Assembly: GCA_051294375.1 (NCBI GenBank)
Contig: CM119264.1
Coordinates: 23,910,002-23,974,001 of the forward strand
Source of the DNA: Paraspadella gotoi
Lineage: Eukaryota > Animalia > Chaetognatha
Length of the DNA: 64,000 nt
Direction of reading: 5' to 3'
Below the pieces are notes generated by a model. That model worked only from the letters and a program-made list of their open reading frames with translations. It made no database searches and had not been told where the DNA came from. Positions 13,392 to 26,200 of this stretch are shown in pieces. Within the stretch, counting starts at the first letter, position 1. Every line of letters starts with the position of its first letter. The translations under genes were made by a program, and so were the position numbers.

Positions 13392-15384
13392 GAAGTGTCT
13401 CCCCACATTTCGTGATTAAAAAAAGCTTTGGCGTAAAATGATTAGTCGTATTTCGCGAGTAAAAAAAAAAAAGAAAATTACCGGAATGACCCCTGCAATT
13501 AGCTGATACAGTCACCCTTAAACAAGTTTGAGCAAATCAATTGTCGGGATCTGCCTACGATAATTAATTAATTAATTGATTAATTAATTAATTAATAGAT
13601 AATTAATTAATAATAGATAATTAAATTAATTAATAGATTAAAATTATAATTTATATCAGCTTTTCATCATCAATGTCCTACAAAGGGCAGTCAGGACAGT
13701 TATTAAATCTTTTGTTACAGTTACTCAAACAAACAAATATCCCTCTATTATCCGAGCCAGGCGGGCAAAAGCCCGCTCCTGTCTACGATTTTTTTCGGCC
13801 TTTAGCTTTCGGTCTCGCTTTTTTGCAATCATGGCTTCTGAAAGTGTGATATCATAGGGAGTGGAATGTTTCATGATATGGCTTCTAATCATCAAGGATC
13901 TTTAAAATTCTCATGTTTCATATCAATATTGGTATTTAGTTTATGTTTTATTTACAAAACATAAAAACGTTTTAATTAGTATGTCGCTCTCTCTCCCTTC
14001 TCTTTCTCCGTCACTGCTTCTTACTTAAAAACCGCAGTTCCGCTCTGCAGCGTCTGTACCAGCTTCTTTCTCTCTCTCTCTCTCTCTACTCTCTCTTTTT
14101 TTTTACTAAAAAAAAATTTTTAGATATAATGTGCCGGTTCACTAATGAAAAAACGAATGCCGCGAACAGCGCGCGAACAGTGGGCGCAGAACCCGCGCGT
14201 CCTTGGGGTAGAGAATAGCTCACGCTACGTGCGGCGCCATAATGTACTGCTGATTCTTTAACAGTTAAAGGGCGCTGTAGAGCTTCTCTTTCTCTTTTAA
14301 TTATTACTTATATCGCCTCTTTTCTCTTCTACCTTTTGTTCTACTGCCCAGCGCGCATGTCTCTCTCGTCTCTCTCTTTTTCTCTCCATCTCTCTTCTCT
14401 CTGTCTCTCTGTGTGTGTCTGTCACCTACTGCTCCGATCTTTTGCGGCGTGATCGTTCGTTTTTTGAAAAACTCTCGATTATTCTTTTTCCTTCTTATAA
14501 AAACTTTTATAAAAAGTATTGCCATTTATTTCCGCGGTCTTTATGTCAATACAAAATCCCATATTCATACCGAGTATTTTCGTGAGATTTATTCTCTTTC
14601 TTTCTCTCCTCTCTCTCTCCTCTTCGACTTTCTTTTCTCTCTCTCTCTTTTCTCTCTCTTTCTCACTCTCTCTCTCTCTTCTCTTTCACATCATACACGC
14701 ATTTTGTTAGTTATTATGCACTATCATCGCCATCAATGAATGACAATCATCGAATCAATGAATGCTACAATCAATCGCCCATCACCTGAATGGACCTATC
14801 ATCACAGCAGCTGAAATGACTATCATCACAGCAGTGACATGCACTAATCATCGCATTCATTAATTGATTCCACATCATCAATCAATAAGTCAAACTCCTA
14901 ATTACATCTAATAAATTTACATTACATCAACTCAATTAGCGTTACTTACCTCAAAATCAATACAGTACGATCCCAACAACATTCGGTGATAATCGCATGA
15001 TTCATTCGTTTTTTTCACCGCGTTTTCATTAATTTTCGTATGATAGTGGGCTACTGGCCTCGATCTTGCAGTACTTTTAAGAGATTTTTTATTTTATTGT
15101 CTGCCTTCTCTCTCTCTCTCTCTCTACTCTCTCTCTCTCTCTCTACTCTCTCTCTTCTCTCTCTCTCTCTCTCTCTTTTATGCTAAATAGCGCACGATCC
15201 TTATGCTTTTAAGATTTAACTTGCATCATTTCTTCAACTTGCTATAATTTTTTCAACTTGCATTCCGCTCATAAAACTTATATCTAGCTTCGTTCACTCA
15301 CTTTCTACCGGCTTCACAAAATTCATCTCAATCCTATCATGGGTTAAAATAAATAAAAAGATTCAAGCGAAATGCGTTGCACTC

Positions 15385-16447
15385 ATACCTTTTTTTTCAT
15401 TTAAACTCATTCCACTGGTAACGTTTCCACTGAAGACGGTTATACAAGCTGCGTCATACGTTTTCCTACTCCACACACAAAATTTCAACTCAATCTATCC
15501 ATCCCAATTATGATTAATTGAAAGTATTTATTGGTTAAAATAAGGTAAAAAGATTTTAGTAAATTCGACTTATGCTTGTTTCCATTTAAAACTAATTTCC
15601 ACTTTCACACGATTCCATCGAAATGTTATACCAGCTTTATCACACACTTTCCGTACCCGACCACACCAAAATTAATTCCAATCCAACCAGCGCAACACGA
15701 CGTTATTGCGAGGCTTTTTGCTAAGTGGACGGGAATGGACGAGTTGATTGACTAATTAATTAACTTTATTGATTTAATTTATTTACTAATTGATTAATTA
15801 ACTGATTAATTATTTATTTATTAATACATCCTGCAAGAATACATTTAATAAATAAAAGGCGAAAAAAGAACATAATCAATTAGTAAAACAGGGTTTTTTG
15901 TTTTCCATTTTAAACTCATTTACCACTCAAATCTATTCCATCGAAACTTGATTCCTGTTCACATCACACAGCTTTCACTACCCACATACAAAAATTCCAG
16001 GTCACATCAGCCCATCCACTCATGCAGCAATTCGAGGTTGTTCAAATAGTGAATATAATTTTTTTTGGTTTTTTCCATTTTAAACTCATTTCCACTCAGA
16101 CGATCTCATCGAACTTAATATCCAGCTCAATCACCCAACTTAACCTATCCACACACAACAAATCTTCATTTACAAGATCCATCCATCTCACAATCACGAA
16201 GTAATTGGTGTTTTTTTGCCTAACGGTGGGACCGGACGGTACGGACGGGTACGCGACAGACAGACGGACGGCACGGAACATCATTTTGACATGAATTTAT
16301 CATAATTCGATGTTCTGAATGAATAAGTGCGTGTGCCCGACAATATTTGAGGGGGCGGCGACGACGGACCCGAAAAAGTGAGTTTATAAAAAGTGAGTAT
16401 AGAGTTCGGGAACTGCTTGCGATAAGCAGTATCCGCGACCTAAAAAA
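15385..16447 (+). mobile_element. DINE-1/HINE-like (Helentron-associated) non-autonomous element with tandem core repeats; 5' limit uncertain
   Basis: Four diverged cores beginning tttccattt(t)aaactcatttccact at ~15392, ~15577, ~15900, ~16070, then a GGAC/GACA microsatellite (~16229-16272), hairpin ACTGCTT-gcgat-AAGCAGT (16412-16430) and an A-run; this order is typical of that class. Confidence 0.6.
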
Positions 16448-17702
16448 CTTTCACGCCTTTCTTATCCCCTCACCGATCCCTAAGCAACTCTTACCCCCCC
16501 CCACAATTGACCCTCGCTCCCTGCACATCACGTGACCCTCCTCCAGGCGACGAGTCTCGCGCGCGAGAGCTTTCTCGGATCGTTCGTTCCATTTCCCCGC
16601 GATTGTTTCACCATGAACGCCTTTCATCGCCACCATGAAAATCACTTCACGCCAAAAAAATCGGTTTTCGCGTCGCCGGCGCCAAACCGGCGCCAAACCG
16701 GCGCCAAACCGACGCCGGTGAGGATGCCGGGCGCCACCCGCCGATTTCCATCGATTGCCATCGGCAGCGTCGTGGATTGCCATCGGCGGCCAACGACGTT
16801 TTCGCCCTAATCGACCGGAAGTATAAAATATGAGAGACGATGAGCGAGAGAGAAAAGGATGAAAAAAAAAAAAGCTTGATCGCCCGATAGCCTTGATTGC
16901 TTCCTCGCTTGGTCGCCTGATTGACTGACCAAGAGATTCCCCGGAGAATTCAATGTTCGATCGATTACCGATAACGGTCGGTATGTGAGAAAGCTTTGAT
17001 AGTATAAATTAAAATAATAGAATGCTGCTGATGACGGTTGATGATGGAAAGCTTTCCAAGTCCAAAGTTGATGATAGGTGATAGCCGAATAACAGATAAC
17101 ACATTGACGAAGTAAAACTTATAACGAAAGAAAGATCAAAATCAGAATGATTCAGTGTGTCAAACCGCTTTCCCTGACGCCTGCAGTCCAACCGTTTAAC
17201 CATAAAAAATATTTAATAGATACTTACGAAAAAGTTTTATTTAATTTCGACAACGATTTGTTTTTATTTAAAAAACGTACATGTTTCGGCTTTTCATACA
17301 AGCCTTCATCAGCGCCAAAAGTGAATGTAAAATTTACAGATTTTTTTGTGTAAAGGAAGAGTGAGAGATAAACAGAGAGAGAGAGAGATATTAGATATTA
17401 TTATTATATTACGAAGATGTCAACGAAGAAAATAGGCCTACTTCCTTCGTAGATGAAATAAAATAGTAAAGTGTCGCCGGTGTCGGTGACATAAGAAGAG
17501 CGATGACAAAAAAATATGGAAAGCCATGGCCTAAAAAAAAAATGGCCGACGATGGCAAATAAAATGGCGGGAGATGAAAGCGAGGGATTTCCAAGGGATT
17601 TCTGAGAATCGACATTTTCTACTCGAGACGCAAAGTCGACGCCAAGAGTCAGCGTCTCTTTCGTTTCGGTTTCCCCAATTGTCCCTCTGCCCTTCTCTTT
17701 GT

Positions 17703-17835
17703 AAGTTTTCCTTTCCCTTTCCTCTTCCCTTTCCCTGTCTCTTTTCCTTTCCAAGTTTCCCTTTCCTTTTCCCTTCCCTTTCCCTGTCTCTTTTCCTTTC
17801 CAAGTTTCCCTTTTCCTTTTCCCTTACCCTTTCCT
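17703..17835 (+). repeat. Pyrimidine-rich tandem repeat, ~49-50-bp unit, ~2.7 copies
   Basis: aagttt(t)ccc...ttccctgtctcttttcctttcc repeated. Confidence 0.85.
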
Positions 17836-19139
17836 CCATTTTGCTCCATTTTTTTTTATCCTATTGTTTGTTTGTTTTTCCCTCTGGTTTCAATTTCCTT
17901 TTGTTTGACCAGCTCTTTCCTCCTCCTCCTCCTCCTCATCACGCGCGCGCCACCTGAAATCCAATTTGAAAAATCGCGCGGGAAACTCGAGGGGGCGATC
18001 GACCGCGAAAGACGAAGATTAAACAAACAGAATTTAATGAAATGAAGTAAATGATTTGAGACTTGGAAAAAAAATAGAGAGAGCGGCCGGCTGGTATACC
18101 TTAAGAATATGAGGAGAGAGGAGAGAGGATAAGCGAGAGAGAGAGAGATGAGGAGAGAGAGAGAGGGAGATGTGAGAGGAGAGACTGGGGAGAGAGAGAG
18201 AGAGATAGAGAGAGAGAAGATCAATTCCATTCGTCGAAATAATCATATTCATCTTCTAACAATCAATTTCATCGTTCGAACCAATCACATTTCATCGTAC
18301 GAAACCAATCAATTCCATCGTCGAACCAATCAACGTCGTCTTCTGTCGCATATCTCTCCCCATTTTCCAGAAGTCTGAGATCTAATTCAATCCAATCAGT
18401 TTGCAATCAGTTGCAATCAGTTCAAATCGAATCCAATCAGTTCCCTCCGTTTGACGTTTATCTCTTCGGTCGTCGTCGGCGCAATAGCGCTGAGCCTCGA
18501 CTGGCATCCGAGTTTAGCCCGACTGGCATTGGATCAGGGTCCAAAAGGCGCTCGAACGGCGCTCATCCGGCGTCGGACGGCGGCATCCGGCGTCATCCGG
18601 CGTCGCGCATCGAACCGGATGCCAAGGAGGCGCTAATCGTATTTCCGGTCCGCGACGTTTGGGGGTCGAGGGTCTCGGACTACGAGGATGACGACGATGA
18701 CGACGACGAAGAAGAAGAAGAAGAAAACGATGACAACGATGACAAGATTTGACATGATATAAACTACTACAACAAAACGACAGTGAAGGTGACGATGATA
18801 AAGACAACGACAACGACAACGACCACAACGACGACATTTAGGTCGACAACGACAACAACGATGCCAACGACGACGACGACGAGAACGAAAACAACAACGA
18901 CACATAATTCGATTTCGACTTTTCTTTTTAGTTGTTTTTCTTCGCGACGGCGTTTGACCTTAAGGGGACGAAGGACATGTTGTTTAGAGTCTCCAGGCGG
19001 TTGAGGAGGTGAGAAGCGGAAGAGTCTAGATGTTGAGAAGGTGAGAAGTTGAGCGTTTGAGGAAGTTAGAAATTCAGAGCAGTTTGTGAATTAAAGAATT
19101 CATTTTGGTTATGGTAACTTAGATTACAAATTATGGAGC

Positions 19140-19316
19140 TGAAGAGATGAAAAGAATAGGGGAAGAAGAGATGAGGAGATGAGGAATTGAGGGATGTGAG
19201 GATGAAAGGATGAGCACGAAGAGATGAGGAATTGAGGGATGAGAGGATGAGCACGAAAAGATGAGGAGATGAGGAATTGAGGGATGAGAGGATGAAAGGA
19301 TGAGAGGATGAGCACG
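19140..19316 (+). repeat. Purine-rich tandem repeat, ~3 units of 40-55 bp
   Basis: gatgaggaattgagggatg(a/t)gaggatga...gcacg repeated three times. Confidence 0.85.
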
Positions 19317-19407
19317 TCTACCACGAACACATTTTTCCGATTTTTGTCTACCGTAAAAAATCTCTCTCTTTTTTGCCTGATCTTTCTGCCCCTTTCCTTT
19401 TACCCTT

Positions 19408-19459
<52 letters not shown>

Positions 19460-21049
19460 ATCTTTCCTTATTTTGGAAGGTCCAAAAATGTGCCTAAAGC
19501 AGTTCGCACTCTCACATGAAACTTCTTTACTTTGTCTCTCTATTTCTCTCCTTTTTTTTCCGATGTGTTTCTTCTCTCGTTCTAAAGTCTTGTTCTCTTT
19601 CGTTCTTCCTTTTTTTCCTTATATCTTTCTTACTTTATTTATTCTTTCCTTTTATTCAATATCAACGATAAACAACATAACCTTTTTTTTATTTTTTTTC
19701 TCTTCGTCTTATGGGTTTTTTTTTTTTTTTTTTTATTTTCCCTCCGTTTTATTGCTCTGCATCCGAGGATTTTCCTCTTTTTTTTTCCTTTTTCTTTTCC
19801 AATATCCGACTTTCCGGTTACATCCACTTGTATCCCTTCTTCCAGAAGCGAAGACGACGTCTCCTCTTGATTCTTTCAGATTCTTCTCTAAATTGAAAAT
19901 GAAATTGAGTTTTTCTTTCTTTGCCAGATGTACGTACAGACAGTCAGACAGTTCTTATTGAGAAGTATTCCAGTCAGCATTTGCCGTCAATGGAAATTCA
20001 AAACCCGATTAAACTAAACTAAACCATAATCAATCCAAAGTTAGCGACAATCTATGTAAAATTAACTAAAGGAATAACGTTAACTACTGTCGCGATGATA
20101 ATGGAAACCTCGTGAACTGATACAAGGATCTGTTGTTGTTGTGATTGTCGAAGTCACCCGTCTCGTCCAAAGATCACGAAGGGTCAAACGATGGACCAAG
20201 TGAGGGCGCGAATTCATGAGCTGCGGTCAGACGAGGCATATGGGTGAGGCAAAGGGGAGGAGGGGAAGTGACAATCGAAGGTAAGGCGCGGGTGGGGCAA
20301 GGCTGTAGTGGTATGTTTTTGGTGGGGTGAAAGGATACCTCCGCTTTTTGTGGTGGAAAATAATGCTCACAGGGACCGAATATGTAAAACTACGGTATGC
20401 AACAATGGAGTGAAAACACTGGGGTGAAAGGGCGTGAAACCCAAGCTGTGGGGTCATTGGTTCCATCGCCCCCCGGCGGGAGAGATTTCCCCTATATAGT
20501 AAAGACTAAGGGGAGAGGTTTCTTAGATATTAAGGATATTAAGTATTAAGAATATTAAGTATTAAGTATTAAGAAAGCGCTTAACCAGAGACTGGAGCAA
20601 ACTACATTCGATTCTTGTTGGGAACTTTAAGGGAAAAGTCTTTTGTGGATAAGGGAGTCAGGAATAAGGAGTAAAATTTTTAGGGGGAGCAAAGAGAAAA
20701 AGTATTCGGGGCGAAGGAGGAGAAGAAAATGTTGCGAAGAGCGAGCGACGTAAAACCGAGAAGAAATTCTCGTAAAAAGAGGAAAAGCGACCGAAAGACG
20801 ATCACGAAGAAGACGACGATGACGATGATGAAGACGAAGAGGAAAAAAGTCACAAAGACGTTAATGGAGGAAATTGTGACGACGACAACGATGATAAAAA
20901 CAAATAATTTTGAGAGAATTTAGAAGAGAACTGAATTGATAATTTATTATTAAAACCGTAAATTACAAGGATATCAACAACAGGAAAATGATGATGACAA
21001 CGATGACGATTGACGAATAACTTGATTTTGAAAACTTTTCTAAAGAAAT

Positions 21050-21104
<55 letters not shown>

Positions 21105-21272
21105 TTTACGGCTTTCTTAACAAGAAAACCTTCACTGGGTAATTCGAAAAAAACGGTCATTTAATTCGCGTTTGATTCGGTTCCACGGCGACGACGACGA
21201 CGATGAAGGCAACGACGACGACGACGACGATGAAGGCAACGACGAAGCTTTCAAAGAAGACAGACAACGATC

Positions 21273-21314
<42 letters not shown>

Positions 21315-23596
21315 ATGATGATAATGACGATGACGATGCAGATGAATCATAAAGATGCGCCGAAGACGAGGAGTAAACAAAGACATTCTACATCCTATTC
21401 ACGTTACAAGATTTGCTTAAGATAATATTAATAAGTTTCATAACATCCGAAATTGACTACTTATATATGCGCCGCGTTGACGACGACGACGACGACGACG
21501 ACGATCTCGCCACTTGTGACGCAGCGAGCGCCGAGTTTATCGAAGGGTTCGCGAGATTATACGAGGATCATAAAACTTGTATCATGGGCTTGGAAGGCCC
21601 GAGGCTGACTCGGGACTCTTGGCCGAAAAAGAAGGATAAGGGGGGGGAGGGAGATAGATAGGGATTCAAGGAAATATGGAGACAGAGAGAGTGAACCTAA
21701 GTCCGAGGCGGGTTAAGACTTAGGGCTAAAAAGTGGAAGGGAGGGACAAGGAAAGGGAGACTAACGCAAAAAGAAGAAAGAAAGAAAGAAAAGAAAGAAA
21801 AGAAAGAAAGAAGAAAGAAGAAAGAAAGAAAAGAAAGAAAGAAAGAAAGAGTAAAGAAAGAAAAAATTAGAAGAAAGAAAGAAAGAAAGAAAGAAAAAAA
21901 GAGAAAAAAGAAAAAGCAAAGAAAAATTGGAAAAAAAATCAGACTTACCCTTCCTTACCTTTATTCAATTCCCCATCAATCTGCACTCATTAGGTTTTCT
22001 CTTAATTTTCCATCGCGCTCTCCTTCCCCACCGCCCCATGCACCGCCCCAGCCACCCTTTTCCTTATCCCCCACTTCCCCCCCCCATTTTATTCCGGTCA
22101 TCCTCCCCCCCTTTCCAATTCCCCAGTCCCCTCTTTCAAATCCTTCAAGCTTCAATTCTCTTTTCAATGATTTCTCGTTCCTTTCAAAATTATGCCGGAA
22201 AAAACGAATCGGCCAATCATTGTGGTCGTCGTCGCATTTCCGGTCTTTTTTCGGTCGTTGCTTCGTCGTCGTCGTCTCCAAACTTAAAAAACTCTACAGA
22301 TTTCGATGAATATTTAATTCCCACGGATCTTCGCGGTAAAATGCAGCGAGAGCTAATTCGTTAATTGCCGTTAATGTCAGAGTTGTGAAAATGCCTGTCG
22401 AATTGCCGATCTCGCAAAGTCGTTCGGAGATGCTGTGCTGATGGCTGATCGCTCGAATTGCTACTGATAATGCTTGCCGATGCTGGGGGCGAACAGTAGT
22501 TTCAAGCTAGGATGTTGTGGATTGCTGCACTTGCTTTATTCTTCAAATTTATCAAAATACTAGCTAGGATTAGCGATCTTGCCGATATTCCTTTGCCGAT
22601 GCAGCACAAATACTTGCCGATGCCGCCCGTTATGTTGTCTTTGTATGCCTGTCGATGCTGCCTTATTATGCGGTCGATGCCGCCTTATGCTATCTGAAGC
22701 CGCCTTTTATTGCATTGTATTTTTATTATTATTTTTGTTTTATTTTTTTTCTTTGCTTTTGTTTTTTTTTTTATTAGTTTTTCTTTGCTTTTTAATATGG
22801 TTTATTTATTTTTTTTCTGTTTTTATATTTATTTCTTTATATTTTTTATTATTTTTTTTTTTCTTTTTTTTTCTATTTAATGTTTTTTTATATGATTTTT
22901 GTTTTTATTTTTTTTTATGATTTTATTTCTTTATATTTATTTTTTTTTTTATTTTTTGTTCTTTCTTTCTTTTCTTTCTGTCTTTCTTTCTTTCTTTCTT
23001 TCTTTGTCTTTCTTCACTTTTTCTCTATATTTTAATTTTATCATTATACTTATTTCTATTTCTCTATTCAAATTGGGTTCAAAGATAAATTTCCAAAATC
23101 CCTACCGGGGAACGAACAGGGCGGGGACTCAGATGGTAACTTGGGCTCATGAGCTCCGACGTAAAGAATTCTGTTTTGAAAAACAAATTTTTAAATCAGA
23201 ATTAATGTCGTAATTTAAAATGACTGGATGCATAACAACTACCATTACCCCTGAATTGTCGGATGACGTGTTTGGGGCTAAAGTCCAAACCGCCAAGCTT
23301 GCTTGCCTTTGTTGTTCATCCTAAGAATCGATTATCAAAATTAAATATATGAAAATCTATTCAGAGATTTATTGACCAGCAATTTATATCTCGCTGATTA
23401 ATAGATGAAAATGACTCACGCTTGCTTCAAGCTTTCTTCTTCCCGCGCTTTGGATATGCGATCGATCCGACTGTCTCGATATGTGTCCTCGAATGGCAAA
23501 CAGTTCCGAACAAAAACTCTCGCTGCTCTGCTGAAAAAAGCGAACAAAGAAAATAAAACGAATTATGTGAACTAAATCCATCATAAAAAGTTCATC

Positions 23597-24005
23597 AGCG
23601 AAATTGGTGCAGGAGGCAAGTCATTCGCCCACAACCCAAAGGTCCTAGGTTCTAGCCTTTGTGTCGCCCTAGCTATTAACAGTACGGGCGCTTAACCGCC
23701 TGTATAACACGGTGTTACAAGCCTGATCCGAAGCCGATCCAAAAGGGACCCGCCTTACAGGAATTAGATCGCGTCATACGCCAGCGATGTCTTTTTGTTC
23801 GACATTGCAGCATGAGACGGACCCCGGTGCTGTTGGGCCCCTCATGAAGGTAAAGAGTTCCGAAGGAAGGCGTTGAGGAATGAGTGAGACAGTACGAGAC
23901 GACTTGCGAAGAGTGTCGGGTTCTTCTCCAGAAAATACCGTCGATTGTACAACACACGGTGCCTTGGGAAGTTCACGATTAGTCCAATCAATATCATCAA
24001 TCAAA
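23597..24005 (+). mobile_element. tRNA-derived SINE family 1 copy followed by a decayed LINE (RTE-like) 3' end and a CAAT-type tail
   Basis: Head ttggtgcaggaggcaagtcattcgcccacaacccaaaggtcctaggttctagcc. Downstream broken-frame peptides IRQRCLFVRHC, EGK, ETVRDDLRRV resemble the C-terminus of RTE-clade ORFs; ends caatcaatatcatcaatcaaa. Noisy sequence; the LINE assignment is inference. Confidence 0.55.
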
Positions 24006-24604
24006 TAACCTGGGAGTGAATAATACGTAAACGTGAGAGAGTCTTGATTGAGCTGTAAGGAGACTCTGCTATGTATATCTTGTAAGAGTGATGGAGCCTT
24101 AAACCACAAAAGCCCTGTCAAAGCAGGGCAAGATAACTTTTTATTAATGAATGGATAAATTTTATATTGGTTGTACCCCATTTCATAAAATTCAGCTCAT
24201 TGTATTTTGATGCTAGTGCGGAGTACAATAATATTCCCCGATCTAATATTAAGGAAGTGGTCTTTCATACAATTGAAACATTCTTTGAAATATTATACCG
24301 AACCGACCGGAAATTGTAACAACCAATATAAAATATCCATTCATTTATATAAATGCTATCTTGCCCTGAAATCTTTGGACAGGCTTTGGTTTAAAGGCCT
24401 CCATAACCTACAAGAATAATGACATAGCAGGTCCCTACAAGTCTTTCAATCAAGACTCTCTTCACGTTCGTTTATTCACATCCCAGAAGTAAACTGGCTT
24501 CCCTATCAAGAAGTGTATAATATTCAAAGAATGATTTCAATTGTATGAAAGACACTCCCTAACAGTATAGATCGGGGAAAGGTACGGGTCCATTAGGATT
24601 GTCA

Positions 24605-26200
24605 CCCACGTAGGAATTGCGCCCAGAAAATGCGCTCCACAGCATTGCGCCCACTATAATCTACAAACCCGCAGGTCGTGCCATGTAGAATTGCGGCCCT
24701 AATTAGGAGTTACGCCTACCGTAAGTAATTCCGCCACATATATTCCCGCCCAGTAGAATTGCGCCCACTTAGGAAATTGCGGCCAACAGAATTGCGCCCA
24801 TAGATTGCGCCCCAAGGATGGGACCCAGTATAATTGGAACACGTTAGGTCCTGCGCCCTTGGAATTTGCGCCCAGTAGGAATTGAGGCCCATAGGATTGG
24901 GCGCCCATACAGTATGGGGTCCGGACATAAATAATGGTGGGGGGTGGGTCCCATATATATTGGGGGACCGGCAGTAGGATTGGGGGGGAGCCCCGACATA
25001 GGATCAATATTTTAGGGTGAGGTACCTGGCCACAATATGATTTGATAGGATGGACACTCACCCACTTATCGTAGGTCAGGTAGGGTGCTTGAGTGCTTCT
25101 CCCTATCTGTGTAGCGATCTTTTTGTGGTGTCTCCTCTCCCTTTAAACTTGAAGGTAGGACGGCCAATTTAATTCAAAAAGAGTAAGTGATTTTCGCGGC
25201 GGATAGTTGGCCGCCCACGCATAAATCATGGGCCATCTACAATTGGGCTAAAATTCCCTATGGGATATCATATGTGAGATTAAATAGTATGTGGGACCCC
25301 ATCCTATCGAGAAAAAAGACACGAATATCGATATATGAATGAGAAGGAAGAGGACCTTCACTATTATCAGTTAGGACTCAATGGAATTGGGCCCAAATCT
25401 ATTGGGTCAATCCTATGCAGGCGCAAATCCCATGGGCGCAGACCTACACGGGTTCAAATTATACCTGGGCCCTTTGGGCGTCAAATCTATGGGCGCAATT
25501 CTTGTGGCTTGCAATCCAAGTTAGGCGCAATTCTCACCTGAGGTACGGAAACTATGGGGGCGAGGAATACTACGGAGGGATATACGCAAATCCTAATTCT
25601 GGGAGCAAGTTCTTAGGTTATATGGACATGGGCACCCCCGAAATCCCTGCAGGTTGGAGTATAAGTGGGCGCTATGGCTGTGGGGTCGCCAAATTAATTT
25701 ACTACTGGGGGCGGGCATATCTACCAGTGGGGCCCAATCTATGCTTAGAGCGTGACATGGTGGTCCTAAGATCGAAGGACTGGACATCCTAACACTGAGC
25801 GAATGGCCCAAGTAATCCTCCCCTGAAATTCTAAGTTCGGGCCTGGATTAAAGGATCACTTAGTGGTGCGGGTACTGTGTACATCACCTAAAAATGTCAG
25901 GCCCCAGCCCAATCTTCGAATAGAACTGATGGTCTAATTCCTATTGTGGAGCGCAAACTATGTGATCAATCCTTCGGCCCAATGCTTAAGCTGGGTGGAA
26001 TCATCAACAGCGGGCACAATCCTTTGGGCGCAATACTTGCGCAATTCTACGGGCGCAGTCTTAGGTGGGCGCAATTTTACTACGTACTGGGCGGTCAATC
26101 ACTTACAGGTAATTGGGAAGAAAGTCCGCGTATAACTGTGGGCGCAATCTTACGCTGGGGGGGCGGATATAGAGTGAATCAAATATGGGTGCAAACTGTA
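24605..26200. repeat. Minisatellite (~14-17 bp, core AGAATTGCGCCCA) arranged as inverted arrays
   Basis: Forward units 24605-24910; reverse units (TGGGCGCAATTCT) 25385-25740 and 25945-26200; the variant order in 24820-24910 mirrors 25385-25470. Confidence 0.75.

Noticed and set aside
24605-26200. CRISPR-like array
   Set aside because: Degenerate ~15-bp units without unique regular spacers, no cas genes, eukaryotic context.
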